A stretch of 50,243 nt of DNA from Deltaproteobacteria bacterium. GTDB taxonomy: Bacteria > Myxococcota > Myxococcia > Myxococcales > 40CM-4-68-19. The stretch is from positions 1 to 50,243 of the forward strand of contig JAYWAJ010000029.1 in NCBI GenBank assembly GCA_043782525.1, read 5' to 3'. The notes beneath the pieces are model-generated. The model saw nothing but the letters and a program-made list of their open reading frames with translations, had not been told where the DNA came from and ran no database searches. Position numbers and translations under genes: made by a program. Below, in pieces: positions 1 through 9,002 of this stretch. Every line of letters starts with the position of its first letter. Within the stretch, counting starts at the first letter, position 1.

Positions 1-224
1 AGCAGCGGCGCGCCGAAGTGGCTGCGCACGAAGAACTGGTCGTTGGGCGTGAACTCGTCGGCGAGGGCGGAGCCGGGAGCCTCCAGGTCCAGCGGGCGCG
101 TGTTGCGGACGATCAGCGCGCCCTTCTCCGAGGTCCGGTCGGCAGCGGCGGCGAGGCGGGCGCCGAGCGCTCCGAACAGTCCGAGGCGGAAGAGATCGCG
201 GCGGGAGGGGCGGGGGGGCGTCAT
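1..224 (-). CDS. Sulfite-oxidase-family molybdopterin oxidoreductase, N-terminal fragment (gene continues past the window start)
   Basis: Hand translation of the reverse strand from ATG at 224-222 gives MTPPRPSRRDLFRLGLFGALGARLAAAADRTSEKGALIVRNTRPLDLEAPGSALADEFTPNDQFFVRSHFGAPL. It has a twin-arginine Tat signal (SRRDLF) and the TPnDqFFVRsHf motif typical of SUOX/SorA-fold enzymes. It is not in the ORF track because it has no stop inside the window. Confidence 0.6.
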   Translation of the reverse strand, partial: MTPPRPSRRDLFRLGLFGALGARLAAAADRTSEKGALIVRNTRPLDLEAPGSALADEFTPNDQFFVRSHFGAPL

Positions 225-380
225 GGGAGCCTCTGGCGTGGCGCGGAGAGCAGGCAGCCTGCTTCAGGACGGCCGGATGAGCAACTGCCCGGGGGCAGAG
301 ATGGACCTGGGACCGCGATTCATGCTCTCACCGCTATGCGAGGCCAGGGTGTCCGGGCGTTGTCGCAGGGAGGAACGCCG

Positions 381-1397
381 ATGCTGTTCCGCCAGCTGTT
401 CGACTCTGAGAGCTCGACCTTCACCTACTTGCTCGCCGACGAGGCGACCCGCGAGGCCGCGCTCATCGATCCCGTGCGCGAGCAGCTGCAGCGCGACCTG
501 ACGCTGCTTCGCGAGCTCGGACTCAAGCTCGTCTATGTCCTCGACACCCATGTCCACGCCGACCACGTCACCGCCGCCGGCCTGTTGCGGGCGCAGACCG
601 GGGCCCGCACCGTCGGCGGCCGCAAGGGCCCCTCCTGCGCGGATCTCCAGGTCGCGGCGGGCGCGCAAATCCGGCTGGGCGGCGTGGTCATCGAGGTCCT
701 CGAGACGCCGGGCCACACCGACGACAGCCTGAGCTACCGGGTCGGCGACCACCTCTTCACGGGCGACGCCTTGATGATCCGCGCCGCCGGTCGCACCGAC
801 TTCCAGAACGGCGACGCCGGCCAGCTCTACGACACCATCACGCAGGTGCTCTTCGCACTGCCCGACGCGACGCTGGTCCATCCGGCGCACGACTACAAGG
901 GCTGCACCGTCACCACCATCGGAGAGGAAAAGCGCTTCAACGCCCGGGTGGCGGGGCGCAGCCGGGCGGAGTTCGTCAAGCTCATGAACGGGCTCAACCT
1001 CCCCAAGCCGAACAAGATCGACGAAGCGGTGCCCGCCAACCGGGCCTGCGGAATGCTCGACGGGCGCACGGTGCGAGAGATCGAGCCCTCCGCGCTGGGC
1101 GCGCGCCAGTCGGCGGCCCGCCTGATCGACGTGCGCGAGCCGGCGGAGTTTGAGCGTGACGGGCACCTGCCGGGGGCGCAGATGGTTCCGCTGGCCACGC
1201 TCCCGGCCCGGGCCGCGCAGTGGAGCCGCGACGAGGCCCTCATCGTCGTTTGCAAGACCGGCGCGCGCTCGGCAACGGCGGCCGCCGATCTGGCCGCGCT
1301 CGGCTTCAACAACGTCGCCACCGTCCGGGGCGGGATGGCGGCGCTGCTCAAGTCGGGCGCGCAGGTCGAGTGGGGCCGGCCCGACGCCAGCGAGTGA
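381..1397 (+). CDS. Persulfide dioxygenase (ETHE1-like metallo-beta-lactamase fold) fused to a C-terminal rhodanese domain
   Basis: This is the in-frame part of ORF 18..1397. ATG at 381 is preceded by GGAGGA. The sequence MLFRQLFDSESSTFTYLL..VLDTHVHADHVTA contains the HxHxDH motif. The C-terminus has a rhodanese active-site loop, VVCKTGARS. The upstream 121 codons are Arg/Gly/Ala-rich and look non-coding. Confidence 0.85.
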   Translation: MLFRQLFDSESSTFTYLLADEATREAALIDPVREQLQRDLTLLRELGLKLVYVLDTHVHADHVTAAGLLRAQTGARTVGGRKGPSCADLQVAAGAQIRLGGVVIEVLETPGHTDDSLSYRVGDHLFTGDALMIRAAGRTDFQNGDAGQLYDTITQVLFALPDATLVHPAHDYKGCTVTTIGEEKRFNARVAGRSRAEFVKLMNGLNLPKPNKIDEAVPANRACGMLDGRTVREIEPSALGARQSAARLIDVREPAEFERDGHLPGAQMVPLATLPARAAQWSRDEALIVVCKTGARSATAAADLAALGFNNVATVRGGMAALLKSGAQVEWGRPDASE

Positions 1398-1463
1398 AGG
1401 ACCGCCCTGCCGCCTCTCGGCGACGAGGCCGGACCGGAGCCAGGGCAGAGATGCTGCGGGTGC

Positions 1464-2057
1464 TCACTCCTGCTCGAGCAGGCGCAGGACCGACGAGGCC
1501 GCCGCGGCACCGGCCGGCAGCCCAAGCGCCGCCAGGTGGCCGTTGGCATCGAACAGCGGCCCGCCGCGAAAGCTCTCGGGCAGGGTTGCGCTGGTGTGCA
1601 GGAGCGGCCGGCCGACGTGGTCGACCCGGACGCCGAGCACATCGACCACCTTGCCATCCGTGCCCATGGCCAGGAGCTCGTCGGCGATGTCGGGGTCGGA
1701 GGTCGCGATCTCTGCCCCGGGCAGCTGGCGGGCCCGGTCGGGGAGCTGCAGGACGGCGATCCCGAGGGTGACATCGGCGCCCGCCAGCTTCGCCGGCACG
1801 GCGCCGAGACCGTCGACCACGACGACGATCTCCGCCTCCGTCATGGAGCCGTCGGCCAGCCTGGCGAGGAGCCCGTGCAGATCGGTCAATACCAGGCCAC
1901 CGCGGATGAGCACGCCGGAGGCGGAGGTTCGCGACCCGCCGGCCTGCGCGACGACGAAGACGGTGAAGCCATGCGACCGGTCGGCGACGGAGCGGAGATC
2001 AGCCGGCGCCCCGAGCGGGCGCACCACGAATGCGAGCAGCGCCATCCAGACAGTCAT
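1464..2057 (-). CDS. Secreted trypsin-like (S1C/HtrA-type fold) domain protein, catalytic triad apparently incomplete
   Basis: Part of ORF 1464..2096. ATG at 2057 follows GGAGG, and MTVWMALLAFVV is signal-like. SGVLIRGGLVLTDLHGL matches the protease His region. The Asp position reads GIAVLQL (usually DIAVL). The Ser box reads SFRGGPLFD (usually GNSGGPL). Confidence 0.6.
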   Translation of the reverse strand: MTVWMALLAFVVRPLGAPADLRSVADRSHGFTVFVVAQAGGSRTSASGVLIRGGLVLTDLHGLLARLADGSMTEAEIVVVVDGLGAVPAKLAGADVTLGIAVLQLPDRARQLPGAEIATSDPDIADELLAMGTDGKVVDVLGVRVDHVGRPLLHTSATLPESFRGGPLFDANGHLAALGLPAGAAAASSVLRLLEQE

Positions 2058-2216
2058 CTCCGCCTCCTGCAGGGAAGACGGGCGGCGCCGGCTCAAGTTT
2101 CCCGGCGAAACGAACTGAAACAGGCGCGCAGCCTTCCGGCAGCGCAGAGCTGTCGGCGAACGCCACCCCGACTCCGCCGCCGTTCGGGCCAGCCCGAAGT
2201 GCAGGGGGGTGTCCGG

Positions 2217-3566
2217 CTACTCGACGGCGAGGTTGAGCCCCTCGGTCCCCGACATGCGCCCCGCCGGCGAGAGCGGCAGGAGGAGAAGTCCGCCCAGGAG
2301 CGCGATGGGCGCGATCAGCATCACCTGCACGTCGGGCGAGCCGTGCCAGAGGTGGAGCAGCGCGATGGCCACTGCGCCGCCCAGCATGCGCGTCGAGTAG
2401 ACGGCGCTGGTGACCACCGCGCGCGCCCGCCACGGCACCACGCTCTGCGGCCCGATGGTGGCGGTGCTGGCCGCCGGCCCCAGCCCGACGCCGAGCACGG
2501 CCAGGGTCACGAAGGCCCAGAGGATGGGCTCGTGGGCGCCCACCACCACCGCGAGCAGCATCGCGCCGACCGCGGCCAGCGCGAAGCCGCCGCCGACGCT
2601 CGCCCGCATGCCGCCGCGGATCATCACGCGGACGCCGAACATCGAGCCGAGCGCCCAGCCGGCGAGCATCGGCACCAGGGCGACGCCGGCGAGGAGCGCG
2701 CTGTAGCCGCGCGCGGTCATCCACAGCGGCACGTAGGCGGTGGTCGAGTAGAGCAGGGCGCCCGCGACCGCGCCGCCGAGCAGGCCGGACTGCACCGTCC
2801 GGTCGCGCAGGTATTCGACCGGCACCAGGCTCTCCGCCGATCCGCGCTGGTGGGCGACGAGGATGGCGCCGAAGACGAGCCCGGCGGCGGCGAGGAAGAC
2901 GCGTAGCGGGGCGGAGTTGCCCGGCTCGAGCGCGATGAGGAGCAGCGCCACCGAGGCGCCGGCCAGCACCGGACCCCACAGGTCCACCTTGCCGCGCCTG
3001 CGTTCCGGATCCCGGTAGCTCACCATCAGCAGCGCGCCCGCCAGCAGGCCGACCGGCAAGTTGACGAGGAAGACCCAGCGCCACGAGGCATGCCCGACGA
3101 TCCAGCCGCCGATGACCGGGCCCAGCACGTTGGCGAGGCCCCACACGCCGGTGAAGATGCTCTGCACCACCGCGCGCTCCTTCAGCGTGTAGAGGTCGGC
3201 GGCGATGGTCATGGTGGTCGGCTGGATGGCGCCCGCGCCCAGCCCCTGGATGACGCGGAAGGCGATCAGCCACGGCACCGAGGTGGCGGCGCCGCAGAGG
3301 GCGGAGCCGGTGAGAAAGAGGGCGAGGCCGCCGATGAAGGCAGGCTTGCGGCCGAGGTGGTCGCCCAGCTTGCCCACCAGCATCACGCCCAGCGTGCAGG
3401 CGAGGAGAAAGGCAGTGAAGACCCAGGCGTAGAGGGAGCTGCCGCCCAGCGCGCGGGTGATGGTGGGCATCGAGGTGGTGACCACCGTGCCCTCGAAGGC
3501 GCTGATGACCAGGCCCAGCAGCACGGCGGCGGTGGCCAGCTTGCGGTTTGCGGTCGGACGCATCAC
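2217..3566 (-). CDS. MFS transporter (drug/H+ antiporter-like)
   Basis: 449-aa ORF with multiple hydrophobic helices. The MFS signature region is LVGKLGDHLGRKPAFIGGLALF..FRVIQGLGAGAIQP. It is divergent from a LysR regulator. Confidence 0.85.
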   Translation of the reverse strand: MMRPTANRKLATAAVLLGLVISAFEGTVVTTSMPTITRALGGSSLYAWVFTAFLLACTLGVMLVGKLGDHLGRKPAFIGGLALFLTGSALCGAATSVPWLIAFRVIQGLGAGAIQPTTMTIAADLYTLKERAVVQSIFTGVWGLANVLGPVIGGWIVGHASWRWVFLVNLPVGLLAGALLMVSYRDPERRRGKVDLWGPVLAGASVALLLIALEPGNSAPLRVFLAAAGLVFGAILVAHQRGSAESLVPVEYLRDRTVQSGLLGGAVAGALLYSTTAYVPLWMTARGYSALLAGVALVPMLAGWALGSMFGVRVMIRGGMRASVGGGFALAAVGAMLLAVVVGAHEPILWAFVTLAVLGVGLGPAASTATIGPQSVVPWRARAVVTSAVYSTRMLGGAVAIALLHLWHGSPDVQVMLIAPIALLGGLLLLPLSPAGRMSGTEGLNLAVE

Positions 3567-3648
3567 GGCAGGGTAGATGCACGGCGCGTCATTCAGAATC
3601 TGTATTTACCGAATGCATGCCATTCACATTCTGCATAGAATACTTTGG
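3567..3648. promoter_or_regulatory. Divergent MFS/LysR promoter-operator region with phased ATTC/GAAT half-sites
   Basis: An 82-bp stretch that is clearly AT-richer than its surroundings. It contains ATTCAGAAT (3591-3599), GAAT (3611-3614), ATTC (3622-3625) and the palindrome ATTCTGCATAGAAT (3628-3641). LysR regulators typically bind such dyads in their own divergent promoters. Confidence 0.35.
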
Positions 3649-4536
3649 GTGACCATCGACCAGCTGGAGGCCTTTCTCGCCGTCGCGGAGCGCGGGACCT
3701 TCACCCGGGCGGCGCGGCAGCTCGGGCTCTCGCAGCCCACGCTCTCGCGGCAGCTGCACGCGCTGGAGGCGGAGCTGGAGGTCCGCCTGCTGGTGCGCAG
3801 GCCGCGCGGGGTGGTGCTCACCGACCCGGGAGGGCGCTTTCTCAAGCGGGCGCGGGAAGCGCTCGATGCCCTGCGGCAGGGGACCAGCGAGCTGCACGAA
3901 CTGGCCCAGACGCCGCGCGGGCCGGTCTCAATCGCCGCCCTGCCGACGGTCGGAGCCTACGCCCTGCCGGCGCTGATCGAGGCCTTCCTGCGCGAGAACC
4001 CGGAAGTGCAGCTTCGCCTCGGCGAAGGGCGCTCCGACGAGCTGGAAGAGAAGGTGGCGCAGGGCGACCTCGACTTGGCGGTGACCACCTTGCCGCTGCA
4101 GCGGGTCGACCTGGTGGCACAGAGGCTCTGGAGCGAGCCGTTCCTGCTGGCGGTCCCGCGCGGGCACCGCTTCGCGCGCTCCCGCCGGCCGGTGTCGATC
4201 TCTGCCCTGGTCGGCGAGCCGCTGGTCATCGTCGGGGGATCCTCGGCCAACGCGGCGCTCTGGGCGGCGTGCGAGGCGCGCGGGCAGAAGCCGCGCATCG
4301 GCATCGAGGTCGATCATCCGCAGAGCCAGCGGCGCATGGTCGAGCGGGGCGTCGGCGTCGCGCTGATGCCGGAGATCATGGCCCGCGACCACGCCTTTGC
4401 GCGCTTCGAAGTGGTCGAGGTGCAATCTCCGCCCCGGCGGACGGTGGCCCTCATCCACCGGGGCGAGCGGTCGCTCACCTACGGGGCGCGGGCGCTGAAG
4501 CGATTCATGGTCGATCAACTCAAGGGGCGGAGCTGA
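3649..4536 (+). CDS. LysR-family transcriptional regulator
   Basis: Part of ORF 3577..4536. The GTG at 3649 gives VTIDQLEAFLAVAERGTFTRAARQLGLSQPTLSRQLHALE, the canonical LysR N-terminal wHTH beginning 2-3 residues before the DQL motif. The upstream in-frame ATGs at 3577 and 3613 lie in the AT-rich operator region. The start is therefore uncertain by up to 72 nt. Confidence 0.85.
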   Translation: MTIDQLEAFLAVAERGTFTRAARQLGLSQPTLSRQLHALEAELEVRLLVRRPRGVVLTDPGGRFLKRAREALDALRQGTSELHELAQTPRGPVSIAALPTVGAYALPALIEAFLRENPEVQLRLGEGRSDELEEKVAQGDLDLAVTTLPLQRVDLVAQRLWSEPFLLAVPRGHRFARSRRPVSISALVGEPLVIVGGSSANAALWAACEARGQKPRIGIEVDHPQSQRRMVERGVGVALMPEIMARDHAFARFEVVEVQSPPRRTVALIHRGERSLTYGARALKRFMVDQLKGRS

Positions 4537-4776
4537 GGCCGGCTCCCCGCCAACCCGCCGCTGGGTACGAAGCGGGTCCAGGAACGAGCGGTTCGGCGAG
4601 GGACCGGCTCCATCATGTCCGGTAGCGCACGCTCGCAGACGAGACGGTGCTTTCGCGTACAGCGCGACCTCTTCGCCCTGCCGGGATCCGCGCCGGTCGT
4701 TGTACTGTCGCGGCATGGCGGCGGTCGAGGTTGGGCCTATGGAAGAGAATGCCACCCTCGCAGCGGGGGTGCTCCG

Positions 4777-6114
4777 GTGCTGATCGGGTTGCGCGACTCC
4801 GATGCGCCCGCGCTGGTCAAGCCCGACGGGGCCCAGCTCTCCTACCGGCAACTCGGGGCGGAGGTGCAGGAGGAAGCCCGGGCGCTGCGCACGCAGGGCG
4901 CGTCGCCGGGGCGCGTCGTTGCCCTGGGCGTCGCCGATCCGCAGCAGTTCCTCATCTCTGCCCTCGCCGTCTGGGAATGCGGCGCGGTGCTCTTGCCGCT
5001 GGACGTGCGGGCAGGTCCGGGGCCCACCGAGTCGCTCGTCCGCAGGGCGCGGCCGGTGCTGCTCCGCAACGGCGAGGGCCTCCAGCAACTGCCCGACCCG
5101 CGGGAGCTGGATCCAGGCACCGCGCTGCTCCTCTTCACCTCTGGCTCCTCCGGTCCGCCCAAGGGGGTGCGCCTCTCCCGCGATGGGCTGCGGGCCAACA
5201 TCGAGGCGATCCTTCGATATCTGCCCGCCAGGCGGACGGCCATCGTGCTGCCGCTCACCTACAGCTACGCGCTGGTCGGGCAGGCGCTGACCACGCTGCA
5301 CGCAGGCGCGACCGCGCTCCTGCTCGGCGAGCTAAAGTACCCGGCCGAACAACTGGACGCCATGGCGCGTCTGGGAGCCCGCGGCCTCTCCTCGGTGCCG
5401 CCGTCCTTGCGGCTGATCGCGCGGGCAGTGATCGAGGGAAGCCCCGCGCCGCAGCTCGACTACGTGGCCTCGGCAGGGGCGTCCCTCGACGCCGCCACCG
5501 TCGCGCTCGTCAAGACGGCTTTTCCGGCGGCGCGGATCTGGAACCAGTACGGGCTCACCGAAGCATCTCCGCGCGTGGCGGCCATCGCCGACGACGATCC
5601 AGCCTTCGCCCGGGGCGCGACCGGCCGGCCCCTGCACGGAGTCGAGCTGCGCATCGAGGGCGAGGAGATCCTGGTGCGCGGCCCGTCGGTGATGCTGGGC
5701 TACCTCGACGATCCGGAGGCCACCTCCCGCGCGCTGCTGGAGGGCGGCTGGCTGCGCACCGGCGATGTCGGCCACCTCGAAGACGGCTGCCTCTTCGTGC
5801 ACGGCCGCGGCGACGGCGTGGTGAAATGCGCGGGCGAGCGGGTGGGGCTCGACGAGGTCGCCGGGGTGATGCGCGAATGTGCAGGCGTCGCCGACGCCTG
5901 CGTCGTTGCCTTGCCCGACGAGGCGCTGGGAGTGCGGCTGGTGGCTTTCGTCGAGGCGCCGGCCGGAGTGCTGGCGGAGCTGCGGAAGTTCTTGCGCAAG
6001 AAGCTCGGGCCGGCGAAGCGACCGTCGGAGATCATCCCCGTCGAGTCACTCCCGCGGCTTCCCTCGGGCAAGATCGACAGGCAGGCGCTGCGGCGCCGTG
6101 CGGAGGAACCGTGA
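4777..6114 (+). CDS. Stand-alone AMP-dependent synthetase/ligase (adenylation enzyme, DltA-sized)
   Basis: Part of ORF 4615..6114. Adenylation core motifs are LLFTSGSSGPPKGV (A3), NQYGLTEA (A5), LRTGDVG (A7), GRGDGVVKCAGERV (A8) and PSGKIDR (A10). The start is tentatively the GTG at 4777 (VLIGLRDSDAPALV). The ATG at 4615 would add 54 Arg-rich residues. Confidence 0.8.
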   Translation: MLIGLRDSDAPALVKPDGAQLSYRQLGAEVQEEARALRTQGASPGRVVALGVADPQQFLISALAVWECGAVLLPLDVRAGPGPTESLVRRARPVLLRNGEGLQQLPDPRELDPGTALLLFTSGSSGPPKGVRLSRDGLRANIEAILRYLPARRTAIVLPLTYSYALVGQALTTLHAGATALLLGELKYPAEQLDAMARLGARGLSSVPPSLRLIARAVIEGSPAPQLDYVASAGASLDAATVALVKTAFPAARIWNQYGLTEASPRVAAIADDDPAFARGATGRPLHGVELRIEGEEILVRGPSVMLGYLDDPEATSRALLEGGWLRTGDVGHLEDGCLFVHGRGDGVVKCAGERVGLDEVAGVMRECAGVADACVVALPDEALGVRLVAFVEAPAGVLAELRKFLRKKLGPAKRPSEIIPVESLPRLPSGKIDRQALRRRAEEP

Positions 6115-6329
6115 GCGTAGAAGTGCTGGAAGTGATCGCGCAGTTCACCGAGGTCCCTGCGGATCCGGCGCAGCCGCTCGAGCTGGCTTCGCTCGAACTG
6201 GTGCAGCTTGCCGAATCGCTGGAGGAGCGCTTCGGCTTCGTCGTCGATGCCCGCGATCTGAATGAGAAGAACTTCGGGTCGGTGGCGCGGATCGAGGCCT
6301 ACGTCGCGCGAAAGCGCGGGGCGGTGTGA
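6111..6329 (+). CDS. Small acyl/peptidyl carrier protein (72 aa)
   Basis: GTG at 6111 follows GGAGGA and overlaps the ligase stop (GTGA). The sequence VSVEVLEVIAQF..PLELASLELVQLAESLEERFGFVV has the carrier-protein helix-II pattern, with a Ser (LASLE) at the phosphopantetheine position. It is only visible as the tail of the out-of-frame ORF 4647..6329. Confidence 0.6.
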   Translation: MSVEVLEVIAQFTEVPADPAQPLELASLELVQLAESLEERFGFVVDARDLNEKNFGSVARIEAYVARKRGAV

Positions 6330-6354
6330 CGCTCCGCGGACGGTGACTCCGGCC

Positions 6355-8289
6355 ATGCGCGCCGGACGGCTCAAGCAGGTGCTGGAATGGGGCGCGACGC
6401 GGCCGGACTATGCCGCGGGCCTGCGCGCGGCGACGGCCACCATCGTGCCCCTCGGCATCGGCGAGGCGACCGGCCGTCCGCAGCTGCTCTGGGTCGCCCT
6501 CGGGGGCTGGCTCACCACCTTCGCCGATCCGGGCGGTCCCTATCCGCTGCGCGCCACCACGCTGGTCGCCTATGCCCTGGCAGGCGCGGCTTCGATGATG
6601 GTGGGCACCGCCTGTGCGGCCCATCCCTGGATCAGCGTCGCAGCACTGTTCTTCTGGGCCGCCGGCTGCGCCTTGTTGCGCGTCTACGGCGAGGCAGCGG
6701 GCGGCGTCGGCACGCTTTCGTTGATCGCGTTCTGCATTGCGCTCGGGACGCCGGTCTCCGATCTCCGCTCGCTGGCACTGCGCGGCGTGCTCTTCGTCGC
6801 CGGGGCGCTGTGGGCCGCCGCGCTGGCCCTGATGCTGTGGCCGCTGCATCCGTACCACCCCGTCCGGCGGGCGGTGGCGGCCTGCCATCGCGGGCTCGCG
6901 CTGCAAGCGCGGGAACTCGCCGGGGGAGCGCCCGGCTGGTTCGAGGCGGCGGGTCGCGGCCGCGGCCAGATCCGCGCCCTGCTCGAGACGGCGCGGTCGG
7001 TGCTGGGCTCGGTCCGTCGCGGCCGCAGCGGAGAGAGCCGGCGCAGCGAGCTCCTCGTCGCCATCTACGAGGGGGCGGAGCTGGCTCTCGGCGATCTCGC
7101 GGCGCTGTCGGAGACGCTGCTGTCGCTGGAGGAACGCGGCGTACCGCGGCCGGCCTCCTTTGCGCCGTCGATGATGAGCCTCGCCCTGGCGCTGGAGTCG
7201 ACGGCGCGGGCGGCAGGGGAGGAGGAGGCAGAGATCGCGACGCCGGTGGTGCGGCTGGAAGGGGAGGGCGACCTGGCGAGGCCGCTCGCGTCCTTGCTCT
7301 CGCACGTCCAGTTTGCACTGGAGGCGGCCGCGGCGCTGCACACGGGCGCCGGGGGCTTCGAGCCGCCGCAGCCGCTGGGCGTGCCGGCGCGACGATCGAT
7401 GCGCGACGTCCTCTCGCCGCGATCGATCGAGCTGCGCCACGCCCTGCGCGTCGGCGCCACGGCGGCCGCTGCCGCGCTGCTGGGCCTCCTGCTGCACCGG
7501 CCGCGCCGGTACTGGATCATCGTCACCACCGTGATCGTCATCCAGCAGCACTCCGGGGCGACGCTGCGCAAAGGGCTGCAGCGCGTGGCCGGCACCGTGG
7601 CGGGCGCCATGCTCGCGGCGGTGCTGGCGCCCCTCACCCACGGGCAGCTGAGGGCGGCGCTGGTGCTCTTCGCGCTGGCACTCGCGGCAGCGGCGCTGCG
7701 CCGCCACAACCATGCCGTCTACGCGACGCTGATGACTCCGCTCTTCGTGCTGATGGCCGAGTCCGCCTCGGGCGATTGGCACCTCGCCGGCACGCGCATC
7801 TCCTCGACGCTGCTGGGCGGGGCGGTGGCGTTGATCGGCTTCGCGCTCTGGCCGAGCCGCGAGCGCGAGCGGTTGCCGGCAGCGCTCGCTGACGTGCTGC
7901 GCAAGACGGCCCAGCTGCTCATCTCCGCCCGGACGGGACCGCTCTCGTACCCTGCCCGTCGCGAGGTCGGACTGGCGCTGGCCAACGCCGACGCTGCCTT
8001 CGAGCGGTTCCTCGACGAGGGTCATACCGACCTCGAGGCCGAAGCGATGATGGCGGTGCGGTCGCAGTCGCGCCGGCTGGTGGGCGCCATCGTCGCGCTC
8101 TCGGCGGCAGGCACTCTCTCGGCGGAGACGGCGCGGCCGATTGAGACCGTGCTCGACGGCCTTGCCTCCGCCGCCGAGGCGCACCGCCCTCCGCCTGCGT
8201 TGCCAACCCTGCCTGCGACGGCGCCGGGCGAGCGGCTGCGGGGGCCGATCGAGGTGATCCACGCGGCGCTGGGCCGGCTTGGAGCGTAA
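6355..8289 (+). CDS. FUSC / YccS-type (aromatic-acid-exporter-like) integral membrane protein
   Basis: Part of ORF 6262..8289, starting at the ATG at 6355. It has two hydrophobic blocks separated by a soluble region. The second block, LRHALRVGATAAAAALLGLLLHRPRRYWIIVTTVIVIQQHSGATLRKGLQRVAGTVAGAML, is the typical FUSC_2 signature. Confidence 0.7.
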   Translation: MRAGRLKQVLEWGATRPDYAAGLRAATATIVPLGIGEATGRPQLLWVALGGWLTTFADPGGPYPLRATTLVAYALAGAASMMVGTACAAHPWISVAALFFWAAGCALLRVYGEAAGGVGTLSLIAFCIALGTPVSDLRSLALRGVLFVAGALWAAALALMLWPLHPYHPVRRAVAACHRGLALQARELAGGAPGWFEAAGRGRGQIRALLETARSVLGSVRRGRSGESRRSELLVAIYEGAELALGDLAALSETLLSLEERGVPRPASFAPSMMSLALALESTARAAGEEEAEIATPVVRLEGEGDLARPLASLLSHVQFALEAAAALHTGAGGFEPPQPLGVPARRSMRDVLSPRSIELRHALRVGATAAAAALLGLLLHRPRRYWIIVTTVIVIQQHSGATLRKGLQRVAGTVAGAMLAAVLAPLTHGQLRAALVLFALALAAAALRRHNHAVYATLMTPLFVLMAESASGDWHLAGTRISSTLLGGAVALIGFALWPSRERERLPAALADVLRKTAQLLISARTGPLSYPARREVGLALANADAAFERFLDEGHTDLEAEAMMAVRSQSRRLVGAIVALSAAGTLSAETARPIETVLDGLASAAEAHRPPPALPTLPATAPGERLRGPIEVIHAALGRLGA

Positions 8290-8389
8290 CCTCTCCCGAC
8301 CTCCGCCCCGATCGTCGCAAGCCAGGGACGACCTCTGCCGGGCCCGAAGGCTTCCGGCACCAGGGCTGGCGGCGGCGCAGGGGGCGCCT

Positions 8390-8974
8390 TTAGAAGGTGA
8401 GGACCAAGGCCCCCGTAGCGGTGGCGGCGAGCGTGGCGTAGCCGACGAGCTGGTGTGCGAGAGCGAAGTCCCTTTGCGACCTCTGCCCTTCCTTTGAGGC
8501 GATGACGGGGCCGAGGATGATCTGCGCCAGCATTCCTGCCGTGGCGACAGCGAGCGCGACCTTGTGCGCCGTCGCCGTGTCGAGCCGCGCCGGCTTGGGG
8601 AGCGGACTCGGGGCAAAGATCGCCAGCGCGCCGGTGGCCGCGAAGACGACCGCGGTTCCGATGCCCAACCACCGGTGCAAACCCAGGTAGCGCTGCGTGT
8701 CGCCTCCACCGCCGTACTTGTCGGCGTAGCTCACCTGCCCGAGGACCACCGTGGCGCCCAGGGCCCCGAGGGTGACGAACCCGCCGAGCTGGTGGAGCTG
8801 CAACATCTGCCGCCGCAGGGCGAGCTTCCGCTCCAGCTCCTTCTCCTGCAGGGGCTCAGGCGCTTTTTCGGGCGGGAGCAGCTCGAAGTCCTCGCCGGTG
8901 GATGCCGGCGGTTGCGTTGCCAGGGAGATCTGTAGAGGGCCTGCGAGCAGGGCGATGGCGAGCAGCGCGGTCAT
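8390..8974 (-). CDS. Signal-peptide protein with four TM helices, each opening with a histidine (candidate di-haem b-type cytochrome)
   Basis: 194-aa ORF lying 28 nt downstream of yceI on the same strand. After the signal peptide and an acidic linker, the helices begin LQLHQLGGFVTLG, GLHRWLGIGTAVV, TAHKVALAVATAG and LAHQLVGYATLAA. Confidence 0.6.
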   Translation of the reverse strand: MTALLAIALLAGPLQISLATQPPASTGEDFELLPPEKAPEPLQEKELERKLALRRQMLQLHQLGGFVTLGALGATVVLGQVSYADKYGGGGDTQRYLGLHRWLGIGTAVVFAATGALAIFAPSPLPKPARLDTATAHKVALAVATAGMLAQIILGPVIASKEGQRSQRDFALAHQLVGYATLAATATGALVLTF

Positions 8975-9002
8975 CCGCTGCGCTCCGTGCCAGCCGGGGT
9001 CT

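Noticed and set aside
6145-8709. 854-aa ORF on the minus strand, antisense to the FUSC-type gene and its neighbours.
   Set aside because: The translation is Arg/Pro/Gly/Ala-rich and low-complexity, with no recognisable motifs. It is the typical shadow ORF of a ~70% GC genome. The plus-strand frame has clear family signatures.
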